Positions 29,708 through 40,225 of a DNA stretch of 64,000 nucleotides are shown here, piece by piece. Made by a program: the position numbers and the translations under genes. The notes beneath the pieces are model-generated. The model was given only the letters and a program-made list of their open reading frames with translations, searched no databases and was not told where the DNA came from. This stretch comes from Gemmatimonadota bacterium (GTDB lineage: Bacteria > Gemmatimonadota > Gemmatimonadetes > Palauibacterales > Palauibacteraceae): NCBI GenBank assembly GCA_965116475.1, contig OZ220691.1, forward strand, positions 2,048,001-2,112,000, in the 5' to 3' direction. Within the stretch, counting starts at the first letter, position 1, and every line of letters begins with the position of its first letter.

Positions 29708-29823
29708 CTCTCTCCGCCTCGCTTGGCGCCTTCCTTGCGCCAGGCGACCGACGCGAGGACGGCGAGTCCTCCCCAGACGAATCCGAGGATGAGGATCATC
29801 ATGACGATCGTCGTCGTGGTCAT
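29704..29823 (-). CDS. 39-aa membrane microprotein, MetS-like (NSS transporter small subunit family)
   Basis: MTTTTIVMMILILGFVWGGLAVLASVAWRKEGAKRGGES. AGGAGG RBS; ATGA overlap with the HD gene stop; MM....WGG motif. Confidence 0.75.
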   Translation of the reverse strand: MTTTTIVMMILILGFVWGGLAVLASVAWRKEGAKRGGES

Positions 29824-30413
29824 GCTCGGGCACCTCCTGGGCCGTTCAGGCCGAGATCTTCCGCCGCAAGCTGCATGGCGGCGATGACGAAGGCGATGTG
29901 CTCGCCCATGTCTTCGCCCAGTTCAGCGCAATTCTCCAGCATTTCGTCGCGGCTGATCGCGGCGGCGAACGCCTTGTCCTTCATCTTCTTTCTCACCGAG
30001 CGGGTCTTCATGCCGGCGAGCCGCGTCGGCCGCACCAGGGCACAGGCGGTGATGAAGCCGGTGAGTTCGTCCACGGCCCGGAGCGCCTTCGACATCGGCG
30101 TCGTCGCTTCGACATCCGTGTAGTCCGCGTGGGCCATGATCGTCTCGAGGATGTCCTCGTCCACCCCCTTTTCGCGGAGGATGGCGACCCCGGTCGAGGG
30201 ATGCTCCGAATCGGGCGCGTGGTCGTGGTTGGGCCAGCGCTCGTAGTCGAAGTCGTGCAGCAGGCCCGCCACGCCCCAGCGGTCCTCGTCCTCGCCGTAT
30301 TTCCTCGCGTAGGCGCGCATGGCGGCTTCCACCGCCAGCATGTGGCGCCGGAGCCCGGGACTCTCGGTGTATTCGTGCACGATCGCGAGCGCTTCATCCC
30401 GTGTCGGGAGCAT
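29820..30413 (-). CDS. HD/HDIG domain metal-dependent phosphohydrolase
   Basis: H(MLAV)...LLHDFDYE...H...AH...DELTGFI, SVRKKMKDKAFAA. Confidence 0.88.
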   Translation of the reverse strand: MLPTRDEALAIVHEYTESPGLRRHMLAVEAAMRAYARKYGEDEDRWGVAGLLHDFDYERWPNHDHAPDSEHPSTGVAILREKGVDEDILETIMAHADYTDVEATTPMSKALRAVDELTGFITACALVRPTRLAGMKTRSVRKKMKDKAFAAAISRDEMLENCAELGEDMGEHIAFVIAAMQLAAEDLGLNGPGGARA

Positions 30414-30419
30414 CCGTCG

Positions 30420-30896
30420 TCACTCTCCTCCAGTGGTGTTGCCGGCCGTCTCGTGCAGCGCGTCCAGGAAGCGCCGCGGCTCGCTCTGGCTGACGAGCAG
30501 CGAGTACCCGTCGAGCGTGGGAATGTACACGACCCGACGGCGGTCCGTGAGGTAGAGGAGCGCCTTCTCCCCGCCGCGGAGCCGGAACCAGCCCGCGGAG
30601 TAGCCGCCGAGCGCCGTCCCCATGGTGCGCCGGCGCGGGACGAGGTCGGGCTCGCCGCGCAGGTCCACGATCCGCGCGTCGTCGAGCTCGAGGCGGTCGA
30701 GGGGGATCGTTCGGCCCCACAGGTCTCCCACCAGCTTCAGGCCCGCGGGCGAGACTTCGGCCCGGCTGTGCCTCGTCGACCACGCCGCCCAGCCCAACAT
30801 GAGTGTCACGCCGATGAGGACGACGATGATGATGATGAAGAACCAGAGGATACCGCGCCCGGAGGCCGGCGGAATCGGGAATACCTGCATGGTCAT
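30420..30896 (-). CDS. Bacterial PH domain membrane-anchored protein
   Basis: One N-terminal TM helix; RTMGTALGGYSAGWFRL motif. Confidence 0.75.
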   Translation of the reverse strand: MTMQVFPIPPASGRGILWFFIIIIVVLIGVTLMLGWAAWSTRHSRAEVSPAGLKLVGDLWGRTIPLDRLELDDARIVDLRGEPDLVPRRRTMGTALGGYSAGWFRLRGGEKALLYLTDRRRVVYIPTLDGYSLLVSQSEPRRFLDALHETAGNTTGGE

Positions 30897-30918
30897 GCCT
30901 CGCAATCCGGGGCCCGCG

Positions 30919-32148
30919 TCACCGCTGTCTGCCCCGCGCGTCGGAGTCGAGAAGGGTGGCCCGCTTGAGCGCGTCCCGGCCGAAGCGGTCCGCCACGGCG
31001 TCCATCGTCTTCGCCAGTTCGCGCCGCGCGGGGCCGTCGCCCGCAGCGCGATCTGTGTCGTCCAGGAGCCCCAGTTGCTCGCCCTCGGGGTGGTCGAAGC
31101 CGGAGAGGCTGACCCCGATGAGCCGGACGAGGCGGCGGGGGTCGTCGGCCTCCCGGAACAGCTGGCGCGCGATGGGCCAGATGGTCTCGGTCATGTCCGC
31201 CGGCCGTTCGAGCGTTCGCTGGCGCGTGTGCGTCTCGAAGCCGTCCCAGCGGAGCTTCAACTGCACCGTGCGTCCCGCGATCCCCTTCTTGCGCAACGAC
31301 CGCCCGACCCCCTCGCAGAGGGCGAGCAGGGTGCGCTCCACGCGGGCGCGGTCCTCGACGTCCTGCGGGAAGGTGACTTCCTTGCCGAGCGACTTTCGCC
31401 CCGGCCTGGGGTCGACCCTCCGAACGTCGAGGCCGTTCGCGAGTTCGTGCAGCCGCCGCCCCAGCTTGCGGCCCAGCGACGCCTCGAGGAACTCGGGCTT
31501 GTTGCGCGCCACGTCCCCGATCGTCTTGAAGCCGAGCCGCGCGAGCCGGGCCTGCATCTTGGGCCCCGCCCCCCAGAGCCGAGAGACGGAGAGCGGCGCG
31601 AGGAACTCCCGCTCGGTCCCCGGGGGTACGACGACGAGCGCGTCCGGTTTTCTGAGGTCGCTCGCGACCTTCGCGACGTACTTGTTGGAGGCGACGCCGA
31701 CGGAGGCCGTGAGCCGCTCCTCCTCGGCGATCCGCTGACGGATGCGGGCCGCGATCTCCGGTCCCGCGCCGAACAGCCGCCGGCTCGCCGTCACGTCGAG
31801 GAAGGCCTCGTCCAGCGAGATCGTCTCCACCTGGTCGGTGAAGGAGCGGAAGATGTCGAAGATGCGACCGGAGACCGCCGCGTAGAAGGCGATGCGCGGG
31901 CGCACGTAGACGCCGTCGGGGCAGCGGCGCCACGCCTGCGAGATCGGCATGGCTGAGTGGATGCCGTAGCGCCGGGCCTCGTAGTTGGCCGTCGAGACGA
32001 CGCCCCGGCCGCGGCCCTTGCGCGGCGCGGATCCGATGATGACCGGCTTGCCGCGCAGCGACGGGTCCTCGCGCACCTCGACGGCGGCGTAGAAGGCGTC
32101 CATGTCCACGTGGAGGATCGTCCGGGGCCGCGTCTCAGGCTGCGGCAT
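30919..32148 (-). CDS. dinB: DNA polymerase IV
   Basis: HVDMDAFYAAVE, STANYEARRYG, SLDEAFLD, AKVASD..KP. Confidence 0.95.
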   Translation of the reverse strand: MPQPETRPRTILHVDMDAFYAAVEVREDPSLRGKPVIIGSAPRKGRGRGVVSTANYEARRYGIHSAMPISQAWRRCPDGVYVRPRIAFYAAVSGRIFDIFRSFTDQVETISLDEAFLDVTASRRLFGAGPEIAARIRQRIAEEERLTASVGVASNKYVAKVASDLRKPDALVVVPPGTEREFLAPLSVSRLWGAGPKMQARLARLGFKTIGDVARNKPEFLEASLGRKLGRRLHELANGLDVRRVDPRPGRKSLGKEVTFPQDVEDRARVERTLLALCEGVGRSLRKKGIAGRTVQLKLRWDGFETHTRQRTLERPADMTETIWPIARQLFREADDPRRLVRLIGVSLSGFDHPEGEQLGLLDDTDRAAGDGPARRELAKTMDAVADRFGRDALKRATLLDSDARGRQR

Positions 32149-32971
32149 GTACTCCCGCGCCTCCCTCCGCGTCCCGCTCGTCCAGGATCCGGCGGGCTCG
32201 CCCCGGTGCGTCGCTCACGAGGCCGTCCACGCCCCAGTCCAGCAGGCGCCGCATGTCGTCGGGGTGGTTCACGGTCCACACGAAGACGCCCATGCCGTCG
32301 GCGTGGGCGCGGCGCACGAAGCGCGGCGTGACGATGCGCAGAGCGCCCTGCCGTTCCGGCAGCATGGCGGCCGCGCAGCCGGCGGGGGCGAACCGGCGGC
32401 CGAGGCCGATCTTGCCGAGCAGGACGTAGGTGCGGAGTTCGTCCTGGTAGGCGCAGTGCCAGCGCGCGTGCCGACTCGCGGGCTCCACCTCCTCGCGCTC
32501 GAAGCCGCCGACCAGGATCCGCTCCCGGTCCGCGCGGTTCCGGCTCCGCTGCAGCCACGCGCCCAGTTCGTGCCCCGCCGCGGCCGACTTGATCTCGGCG
32601 ATCACCGGCAGATCTCCCACCGCTTCGAGCACCTCTTCGAGCGTGGGGATGTCGACTCCCTTTCCCCGGAAGGGGAAGGTCTTCCCGTGGTCCGTCGTGA
32701 AGCGGTATCCGGCGTCGAAGGCGCGCAGTTCGTCTCGCGTCAGCGCCTCGATGTCCCCCGTTCCGTCGGTCGTGCGAGGGAGGCTCGAATCGTGGATGAC
32801 GATGAGGCGGCCGTCCGCGCTCCGGTGCAGGTCGAGTTCCACCGCGTCGGCCCCGACCCGGACGGCGTGCTCGAAGGACGGGAGCGTGTTCTCTGGCGCG
32901 AACGCCGCCGCCCCCCGGTGGCCGATGACGCGCAGCGGGGAGCCGGGACCGAAGAGATCGTCGGGCAGCAC
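32135..32971 (-). CDS. Glycerophosphodiester phosphodiesterase
   Basis: GHRG...PENT, ELDL, IHD, IPTLEEV, VWTVN, GVDGLVSD. Confidence 0.92.
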   Translation of the reverse strand: MLPDDLFGPGSPLRVIGHRGAAAFAPENTLPSFEHAVRVGADAVELDLHRSADGRLIVIHDSSLPRTTDGTGDIEALTRDELRAFDAGYRFTTDHGKTFPFRGKGVDIPTLEEVLEAVGDLPVIAEIKSAAAGHELGAWLQRSRNRADRERILVGGFEREEVEPASRHARWHCAYQDELRTYVLLGKIGLGRRFAPAGCAAAMLPERQGALRIVTPRFVRRAHADGMGVFVWTVNHPDDMRRLLDWGVDGLVSDAPGRARRILDERDAEGGAGVHAAA

Positions 32972-32978
32972 CGGCGGC

Positions 32979-34397
32979 TCAGGCAGCCACGCGCCGTGCC
33001 TGGGCCCGCCCCAGCGCGATGGAGAGGACGATCCACATCCCGGCCAGCGGCGCCGTGGACATGGCGACCCACGCCAGCGCCAGGCCGAGCATCGCGAACA
33101 GACTGTCGATGCCGGCGCCCGCGAGGTCGCCGCCCCGGTACAGGAAGACGTCGACGATCGGCTTCCCCTTGTACTTCTCCGCGGGTGGCACGACGGAGAA
33201 CAGCGTCTCGCGCGAGGGCCGGGAAATCGCGTACCGCGTCGCGCGGTGCACGGCCTGGAAGATCATCATCACCCCGTACAGGGGCCACACGGCGAGCACG
33301 ACGAACCCGAGCACGGTGACGAGCGGCAGGATGGCGAGCGTCCACCCGACGCCCAGCTTCCGGATGAGGTGGGTGGTGATGAAGATCTGCGTCAGCAGGG
33401 TTCCGAACTGCGCCAGCGAATCGAAGTCGGCGAAGCTCCCCACCCGCTGGCTGAAGGTGTCCGTAGCCTCGAGAATGACGTTCGCCTGGGTGAAGTAGAT
33501 CAGGGTGTTCGAGATCGCCATGAACACGACCCAGAGGCCGACGCCGAGCAGGTAGGGCGAGGTGAACACGGCGCGCAGCCCCTCCAGCGCCCCGCCTCCG
33601 ATGCGCGTGCCTCCATCGCCTCGCCGCCGGGGTCCGGTTTCGGCCGCCCCGCCGTCCGACGCTCCGTCGTCCGCCGCCGCCGGTCCGCCCGGCGAGCCCG
33701 CGCCGAGTCGGGAGAGGTCCGAGGCCCCGGCCCCCCGGTCGAGGATCAGCATGACGGCGATCGCGAGCGCGAAGCAGCCGGCCCCGATCAGCATGAAGCC
33801 GGCGGGCAGGTACGGACTCTCGGTCAGTCCGCTGACGAGGCTCGCGCCGCGCCCCCCGGCAAGCGCCCCCAGCGTCCCGCCGATCCCGATGAAGGGGAAC
33901 ATCCGCTTCCCCTGGTCGACGTCGAACACGTCGACCATGAAGGCCCAGAATACGCTGGTCGAGAACAGGTTGATGACGCTCAGCCACACGTAGAACGTGT
34001 AGCCGACGCCGCGCGCGAGGCCGGTCTCCGCGTCGGTGCCGATGAGGCCGCCGCCCGCCCGCACGTCCTGGATCAGCAGCGTTGCGAAGCCGATCAGGCA
34101 GGCGATGACGAACAGGTACGCGATCGGGATGAAGCGCCGCCGGTTCGTCCGCGCCACGACGCCCCCGAAGACGAGGACCGCGAACAGGGAGGCCACCGAA
34201 GTCACGGCGAAGAGCCAGCGCAGGTCGTCCATCCCGCGGGCGACCCCCATCGCCTCGCGCACGGGACGGAGGAAGAAGTAGCCGCAGAGGACGAGGAAGA
34301 AGAAGAGCGCGGACAGTACCGCGAGACTGAATTCGCCCCGCCTCATGTTGAGGGCCCGGCGCGCGACGCCGAGGAAGGATTCCAGCAAGCTGGCCAC
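32979..34397 (-). CDS. MFS transporter, NTP/NDP exchange (Npt/TLC)-like family
   Basis: YFFLRPVRE, FYVWLSVINLF..SVFWAFM.D.F, P.RE.LF..V...KYK.K...D...YR.GD motifs. Start set at GTG 34397 after GGGAG. Confidence 0.8.
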   Translation of the reverse strand: MASLLESFLGVARRALNMRRGEFSLAVLSALFFFLVLCGYFFLRPVREAMGVARGMDDLRWLFAVTSVASLFAVLVFGGVVARTNRRRFIPIAYLFVIACLIGFATLLIQDVRAGGGLIGTDAETGLARGVGYTFYVWLSVINLFSTSVFWAFMVDVFDVDQGKRMFPFIGIGGTLGALAGGRGASLVSGLTESPYLPAGFMLIGAGCFALAIAVMLILDRGAGASDLSRLGAGSPGGPAAADDGASDGGAAETGPRRRGDGGTRIGGGALEGLRAVFTSPYLLGVGLWVVFMAISNTLIYFTQANVILEATDTFSQRVGSFADFDSLAQFGTLLTQIFITTHLIRKLGVGWTLAILPLVTVLGFVVLAVWPLYGVMMIFQAVHRATRYAISRPSRETLFSVVPPAEKYKGKPIVDVFLYRGGDLAGAGIDSLFAMLGLALAWVAMSTAPLAGMWIVLSIALGRAQARRVAA

Positions 34398-34501
34398 GTT
34401 CGCTCCCACCGTTAGGTTCCGAGATCTTCTGAAGAGAATCCCTTTCTCCATCGACCGGCAAGCAGAACCACGATGAAGCGCCACCCCGGAGCTTCCCCCG
34501 G

Positions 34502-35872
34502 ATGACCCCGTCCCGGGAAAGCGAGCCGCGCACGTTCGCGGCGTGGCTGACGGGCGCCCGCCCGGAAGAGGCCGGGCTGGTGCTTCTGTCGGCCCTCTAC
34601 TTCTTCTTCATCCTGTCGGCGTACTACGTGATCCGGCCCATCCGCGAGGAGATGGCGGTGGCGGGCGGGGTCGAGAACATCCCGTGGCTCTTCACGGGCA
34701 CGCTGACGGCCATGCTGCTCGTACACCCGATCTTCGCCGCGGTCGTGTCGCGGTGGACCCGCAAGCGGTTCGTGACCCTCACGTACCGCTTCTTCATGCT
34801 GAACCTGCTGGTCTACTTCGTGCTGCTGAGGATCGTGACCGACGGCGACGCTTCGGTGTGGATCGGCCGCACCTTCTTCGTCTGGATCAGCGTCTTCAAC
34901 CTGTTCGTGGTCTCCGTCTTCTGGTCGTTCATGACCGACATATTCCGGGAGCGCCAGAGCCGCCGCCTGTTCGGTCTCATCGGGGTCGGCGGCACCTTGG
35001 GGGGGATCGTCGGGTCCGCGATCACCGCGTTTCTCGTCGGATTCCTGTCGCCCGCGACGCTCCTCCTGTTCTCCGTGCTGCTGCTCGAGGGCGCGGTCAC
35101 CTGCCTCAAGGCGCTCGATTCGCGCTGCGCGACCTCCCCCCCGGTCGCGGCCGAAGGTTCGGCGGGCGGCCCGGGCCACGGTTCGGGTGACGGCGGCGCG
35201 ACGGACGAGGTGATCGGGGGGTCGGCGCTGGAGGGGATCCGGCGGGTGCTGGCGTCGCCCTACCTGCTGGGGATCGGCGCCTTCATGCTGCTGTTCACGA
35301 TCGGTTCCACCTTCCTCTACAACATCCAGGCGGACATCGTCTCGCGCACCTTCGCGACGGGGGCGGAGCGGACCTCGGTCTTCGCGCGCATCGACCTGTC
35401 GGTGAACATCCTCACGCTCTTCACCCAGCTCTTCCTGACGGGCCGCATCCTGAAGTGGCTCGGTGTGCGCCTCGCGCTCGGGATTCTGCCCGTGCTCAGT
35501 GTCCTCGGCTTCCTGGCGCTGGGAGCGGCGCCGGTCTTCGCGGCGTTCGTCGTGTTCCAGGTGCTGCGGCGGGCGGGGAACTTCGCGCTCGCGGTGCCCA
35601 CGCGCGAGGTGCTCTACACCGTCCTTCCGCGCCGGGACAAGTACAAGGCGAAGAACTTCAACGACCTGTTCGTCTACCGGGCGGGCGACCAGATCGGGGT
35701 GTGGTCCTTCGCCGGACTGCGCGCGCTCGGACTCGGAAGCTCCGCGCTGGCGCTGACCATGGTCCCGCTCGCCGGACTGTGGCTGCTGATCGCGCTGTGG
35801 TTGGGAAGGAAGCAGGCCGCGCTGGCCCGGAGGCCCGCCGCCGGCCAGGCGGAAGTAGCCGCGGCCGGCTAG
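34502..35872 (+). CDS. MFS transporter, NTP/NDP exchange (Npt/TLC)-like family, divergent paralog
   Basis: YYVIRPIRE, FVWISVFNLFVVSVFWSFMTDIF, PTREVLYTV..RDKYKAKNF.D..VYRAGD. Confidence 0.82.
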   Translation: MTPSRESEPRTFAAWLTGARPEEAGLVLLSALYFFFILSAYYVIRPIREEMAVAGGVENIPWLFTGTLTAMLLVHPIFAAVVSRWTRKRFVTLTYRFFMLNLLVYFVLLRIVTDGDASVWIGRTFFVWISVFNLFVVSVFWSFMTDIFRERQSRRLFGLIGVGGTLGGIVGSAITAFLVGFLSPATLLLFSVLLLEGAVTCLKALDSRCATSPPVAAEGSAGGPGHGSGDGGATDEVIGGSALEGIRRVLASPYLLGIGAFMLLFTIGSTFLYNIQADIVSRTFATGAERTSVFARIDLSVNILTLFTQLFLTGRILKWLGVRLALGILPVLSVLGFLALGAAPVFAAFVVFQVLRRAGNFALAVPTREVLYTVLPRRDKYKAKNFNDLFVYRAGDQIGVWSFAGLRALGLGSSALALTMVPLAGLWLLIALWLGRKQAALARRPAAGQAEVAAAG

Positions 35873-35879
35873 CGGGGGT

Positions 35880-36783
<904 letters not shown>

Positions 36784-36791
<8 letters not shown>

Positions 36792-37728
36792 CGAGCGCGT
36801 CGAGATGCTCGTAGCTGGCGCGCACCGACCCCATCGGATCGCCCGGCGTGTCGTGCTCCACGAAGTAGTGGATGAGCCCCGCTTCTTCCGAGCGCTCGAA
36901 GATGGCGGCGAAGTCGATGACGCCGGCGCCCACATCCACCATCTCTCCCTCGGGGGTCCGATCCTTCACGTGGCAGAGTTCGAAGCGGCGGGGATACCGG
37001 TCGATGTAGTCGAACGGGTCGCCGCCGCCGTGGACGAGCCAGTAGAAGTCGACCTCGTAGGTGACGAGTTCGGGGTCGGTGTTCTCGATCATCACGTCCA
37101 GCAGGCGGAGACCGTCCACTTCCTCGAGTTCGAAGTCGTGGTTGTGGTAGGCGAACGCGAGCCCCGCCTCGCGGCACCGCGCCCCGAACGCGTTGAATTC
37201 GTCCGCGAGCCGCCGGTATCCGTCCACGAGCGCCGATCCCGTGGCGCCGTCGTTCCCCGGCCGCTCGGGACCCGCGAGGTAGGGGACGACGAGGTACCGG
37301 TGGCCGATCTCGGCGGCCGCGGCGGCGGCCTCGTCGAAACCCGACCGCAGCTCCTCGAGCGACAGGTGGGCCGCGGGGGCCGTGAGGCCTTCCGCCTCCA
37401 GCGCGCTCCGGATCTCGGCCGGGGAGCGGCCGAAGTAGCCCGCGAACTCGACCTCGCCGTAGCCGATGCGGGCGACGGACGCCAGCGTGCGCTCGACGTC
37501 GCGCGCCATCAGCGACCGCACCGTGTAGAGTTGGAGCCCCCACGCCTCGGGGAGCGTCCGGGCCCCGGGGAGGGTCCGGGCCCCGGGGAGGGTCCGGGCC
37601 TCCGGGAGCGTCCGGGTCCCCGCGGCGGCCGCGCGACCCGCGCATGTGAGAACGAGTCCGGCGCCGAGCGAGTGCCGTACGAATCTGCGTCTGTCCATGC
37701 TCAGCCTGTGCATGCTGCGTCTTTCCAT
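36784..37728 (-). CDS. Sugar phosphate isomerase/epimerase (xylose isomerase-like TIM barrel) with Tat signal
   Basis: DRRRFV, GLQLYTVR, YHNHDFE, EVDFYW, HVKD, VEHD. The start may be 37698. Confidence 0.88.
37544..37618 (-). repeat. 18-bp coding tandem repeat (RTLP[E/G]A x4) after the Tat signal
   Basis: TRTLPEARTLPGARTLPGARTLPEA; boundaries approximate. Confidence 0.85.
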
Positions 37729-37895
37729 GCGCGCAATATGTCGCGCCCTGTGGCCGCCGTCGAACCGCAGCTCGCCGGGCTGCGGCGCCGGTTGAACCCT
37801 GCGGGGCTTTTGCCGCGGGCTGCCGAGCCTATTATGCGGGGCGCGGCGGCGCTTCCGCCGTCCGCGCACGTCGATGCCGGCCGGGAGGACCGACT

Positions 37896-38537
37896 GTGAG
37901 ACGGCGCAGGGCTCTCGAGATCATCGGTGTGGCCGCGGGCGCGCCGCTGCTGGCGCCGGGGAGCGCGGTGGCGGAGGCCCTGGCGCTCGGGCAGCGCATC
38001 CGGTCGGTGGCCGGCCCGGTCGGCGGCGCGCCGCCCGCGACGCTCACGCCCGCGCAGGCCCGGACGATGACGGCGCTCGCCGAGGTCATCATCCCCCGGA
38101 CGGACACGCCCGGCGCGAGCGAGGCGGGCGTTACCGCATTCGTCGATGCCCTCCTGACCGGTTGGCTGGACGCGTCGGACCGCGACCGTTTCCTCGCCGG
38201 CCTGGACGCCGTAGACCCCATCGCCCGGGCTGCTCACGGCGCCGACTTCGCCGACTGTACCCCGGCCCAGCAGACCGCCCTCGTGGCGCGGATGGACGAG
38301 GACCTCGACCGCCGCCGCCGGGCTCCCGAAGTCGACGAGACGCAGACCTTCTTCTACGACATGAAGCGCTTCACGCTCGCCGGCTACTTCACCTCGCAGC
38401 CGGGCCTGCGCTCGCTGGGATACCGGATCATCCCGGGCGCCTTCGAGGGGTGCGTCATCCTCGACCAGTACGGCACCGGCGAAGGCCGGCCGGGCGCACG
38501 GCGCGGGCGGCAGAGCCGTTCGGGAGAGCAGGCGTGA
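37896..38537 (+). CDS. Gluconate 2-dehydrogenase subunit 3 family protein (Tat)
   Basis: RRRAL, IIPRTDTPGA, FF..MK..TL.GYFTS, IPG.F.GC. Confidence 0.88.
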   Translation: MRRRRALEIIGVAAGAPLLAPGSAVAEALALGQRIRSVAGPVGGAPPATLTPAQARTMTALAEVIIPRTDTPGASEAGVTAFVDALLTGWLDASDRDRFLAGLDAVDPIARAAHGADFADCTPAQQTALVARMDEDLDRRRRAPEVDETQTFFYDMKRFTLAGYFTSQPGLRSLGYRIIPGAFEGCVILDQYGTGEGRPGARRGRQSRSGEQA

Positions 38538-40225
38538 GCCGCCGGCAGGAGGTGTGGGACGCGATCGTCGTCGGCTCGGGGATCACCGGCGGCTGGGCCG
38601 CCAAGGAACTCACCGAACTCGGCCTCCGCACGCTCGTGCTCGAAGCGGGGCCCATGATCGTCCCGGAGCGGGACTACACCGAGCACGTGCCACCCTACCG
38701 CATGCCCTACCGCGGCTGGAACGACCGCAAGGCGCTCGCCGCCGAGCAGCCCGTGCAGCGCGAGTGCTACGCCTGCGACGAGATGGGCCGGAAGTTCTTC
38801 GTCAACGACATCGAGAACCCGTACACGACGCCCGACGAGAAGCCCTTCCTGTGGATCCGGGGCCGCCAGGTCGGCGGACGCTCGATCATGTGGGCGCGCC
38901 AGTCCTACCGTCTCAGCGATCTCGACTTCGAGGCCAACGCGCGCGACGGGATCGGCGTCGACTGGCCGATCCGCTACGCGGACCTCGCGCCCTGGTATTC
39001 GTACGTCGAGGAGTTCGTCGGCATCAGCGGCCGCGTGGAGGGCGTCCCACAGTTGCCGGACGGCGTCTTCCTGCCGCCCATGCAGATGACGTGCGTGGAG
39101 AACGCGGTGAGGGAGGCGATCGCGCGCGCCTTCGGCGACACGCGGATGATGACGATCGGGCGCACCGCTGTCCTCACCCGCGATCACAGGGGGCGGAGCG
39201 CCTGCCACTACTGCGGTCCCTGCCACCGCGGCTGCCGTACCAGGAGCTACTTCAGTTCGCTCAGCGCCACCCTCCCCGCCGCCGAAGCCACCGGGCGCAT
39301 GACGCTGCGGCCGGACAGCGTCGTGCACAGCGTGATCTGGGACCCCGCCCGCGGCCGGGTCACGGGCGTGCGCGTCATCGACCGGCAGACGGGAGAGGAC
39401 CTGGAGTTCCAGGGGGAGATCGTCATGCTCGGCGCCTCCGCGCTCGAGTCGACCCGCATCCTCCTCCACTCGACCTCCGCCGACTTCCCGGACGGCCTCG
39501 CGAACTCCAGCGGGGTCCTCGGCCGCTATCTCATGGACCACACCATGAGCACCGGCGCGAAGGCGAAGTTTCCCGGCTGGGAGAACCACGGCTATACCGG
39601 CGAGCGCCCGAACGGGATCTACATCCCGCGCTTCCGGAACGTGACGGAACCCTCGCCCGACTTCATCCGGGGCTACGGCTACCAGGGCTGGTCGACGCGG
39701 CAGGGCTGGAGCCGCGGTCTCGGCATGCCGGGCTTCGGCGCCGACTACAAGCGCCGGCTCACCGAACCCGGCGTGTGGGAGTTCGAACTCGGCGCCTTCG
39801 GCGAGTGCCTCCCGCGCGAGGAGAACTACATCGAACTCGATCCGGAGCGTGTCGACGCGTGGGGGATCCCCGCCCTCCGCATCCACTGCGAGTGGGGCGA
39901 CAACGAGCGCCTGATGATGCGGGACAGCGCGGACCGCGCCGCGGAAATGCTGGAGACCGGCGGCGGAACGGACATCGAGTTGCTCACGGATCTCACGGCG
40001 CCGGGGCTAACGATCCACGAGATGGGGACGGCGAGGATGGGGCGTGATCCGGCAACCTCCGTCCTCAACGGCTACAACCAGGCGTGGGACGCGCCGAACC
40101 TGTTCGTGATCGACGGGGCCGCCATGCCCTCATCCGCCTGCCAGAACCCGTCCCTTACCTACATGGCCCTCACGGCCCGCGCCTGCCACTACGCCCTCTG
40201 GGCAAAGAACCGCGGCGAACTCTAG
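38534..40225 (+). CDS. GMC family flavoprotein oxidoreductase (glycoside 3-dehydrogenase-like large subunit)
   Basis: GTG overlapping the upstream stop. VGSGITGG FAD motif, CHYCGPCHRGC Fe-S motif, HEMGTARMG, CQNPSLTYMALTARA. Confidence 0.9.
   Translation: MSRRQEVWDAIVVGSGITGGWAAKELTELGLRTLVLEAGPMIVPERDYTEHVPPYRMPYRGWNDRKALAAEQPVQRECYACDEMGRKFFVNDIENPYTTPDEKPFLWIRGRQVGGRSIMWARQSYRLSDLDFEANARDGIGVDWPIRYADLAPWYSYVEEFVGISGRVEGVPQLPDGVFLPPMQMTCVENAVREAIARAFGDTRMMTIGRTAVLTRDHRGRSACHYCGPCHRGCRTRSYFSSLSATLPAAEATGRMTLRPDSVVHSVIWDPARGRVTGVRVIDRQTGEDLEFQGEIVMLGASALESTRILLHSTSADFPDGLANSSGVLGRYLMDHTMSTGAKAKFPGWENHGYTGERPNGIYIPRFRNVTEPSPDFIRGYGYQGWSTRQGWSRGLGMPGFGADYKRRLTEPGVWEFELGAFGECLPREENYIELDPERVDAWGIPALRIHCEWGDNERLMMRDSADRAAEMLETGGGTDIELLTDLTAPGLTIHEMGTARMGRDPATSVLNGYNQAWDAPNLFVIDGAAMPSSACQNPSLTYMALTARACHYALWAKNRGEL

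Noticed and set aside
29708..29833. His/Asp-rich N-terminus MPEHDHDDDRHDD of the TonB ORF as a metal-binding tag
   Set aside because: It is the alternate-frame reading of the MetS-like microprotein, which has the RBS and coupling.
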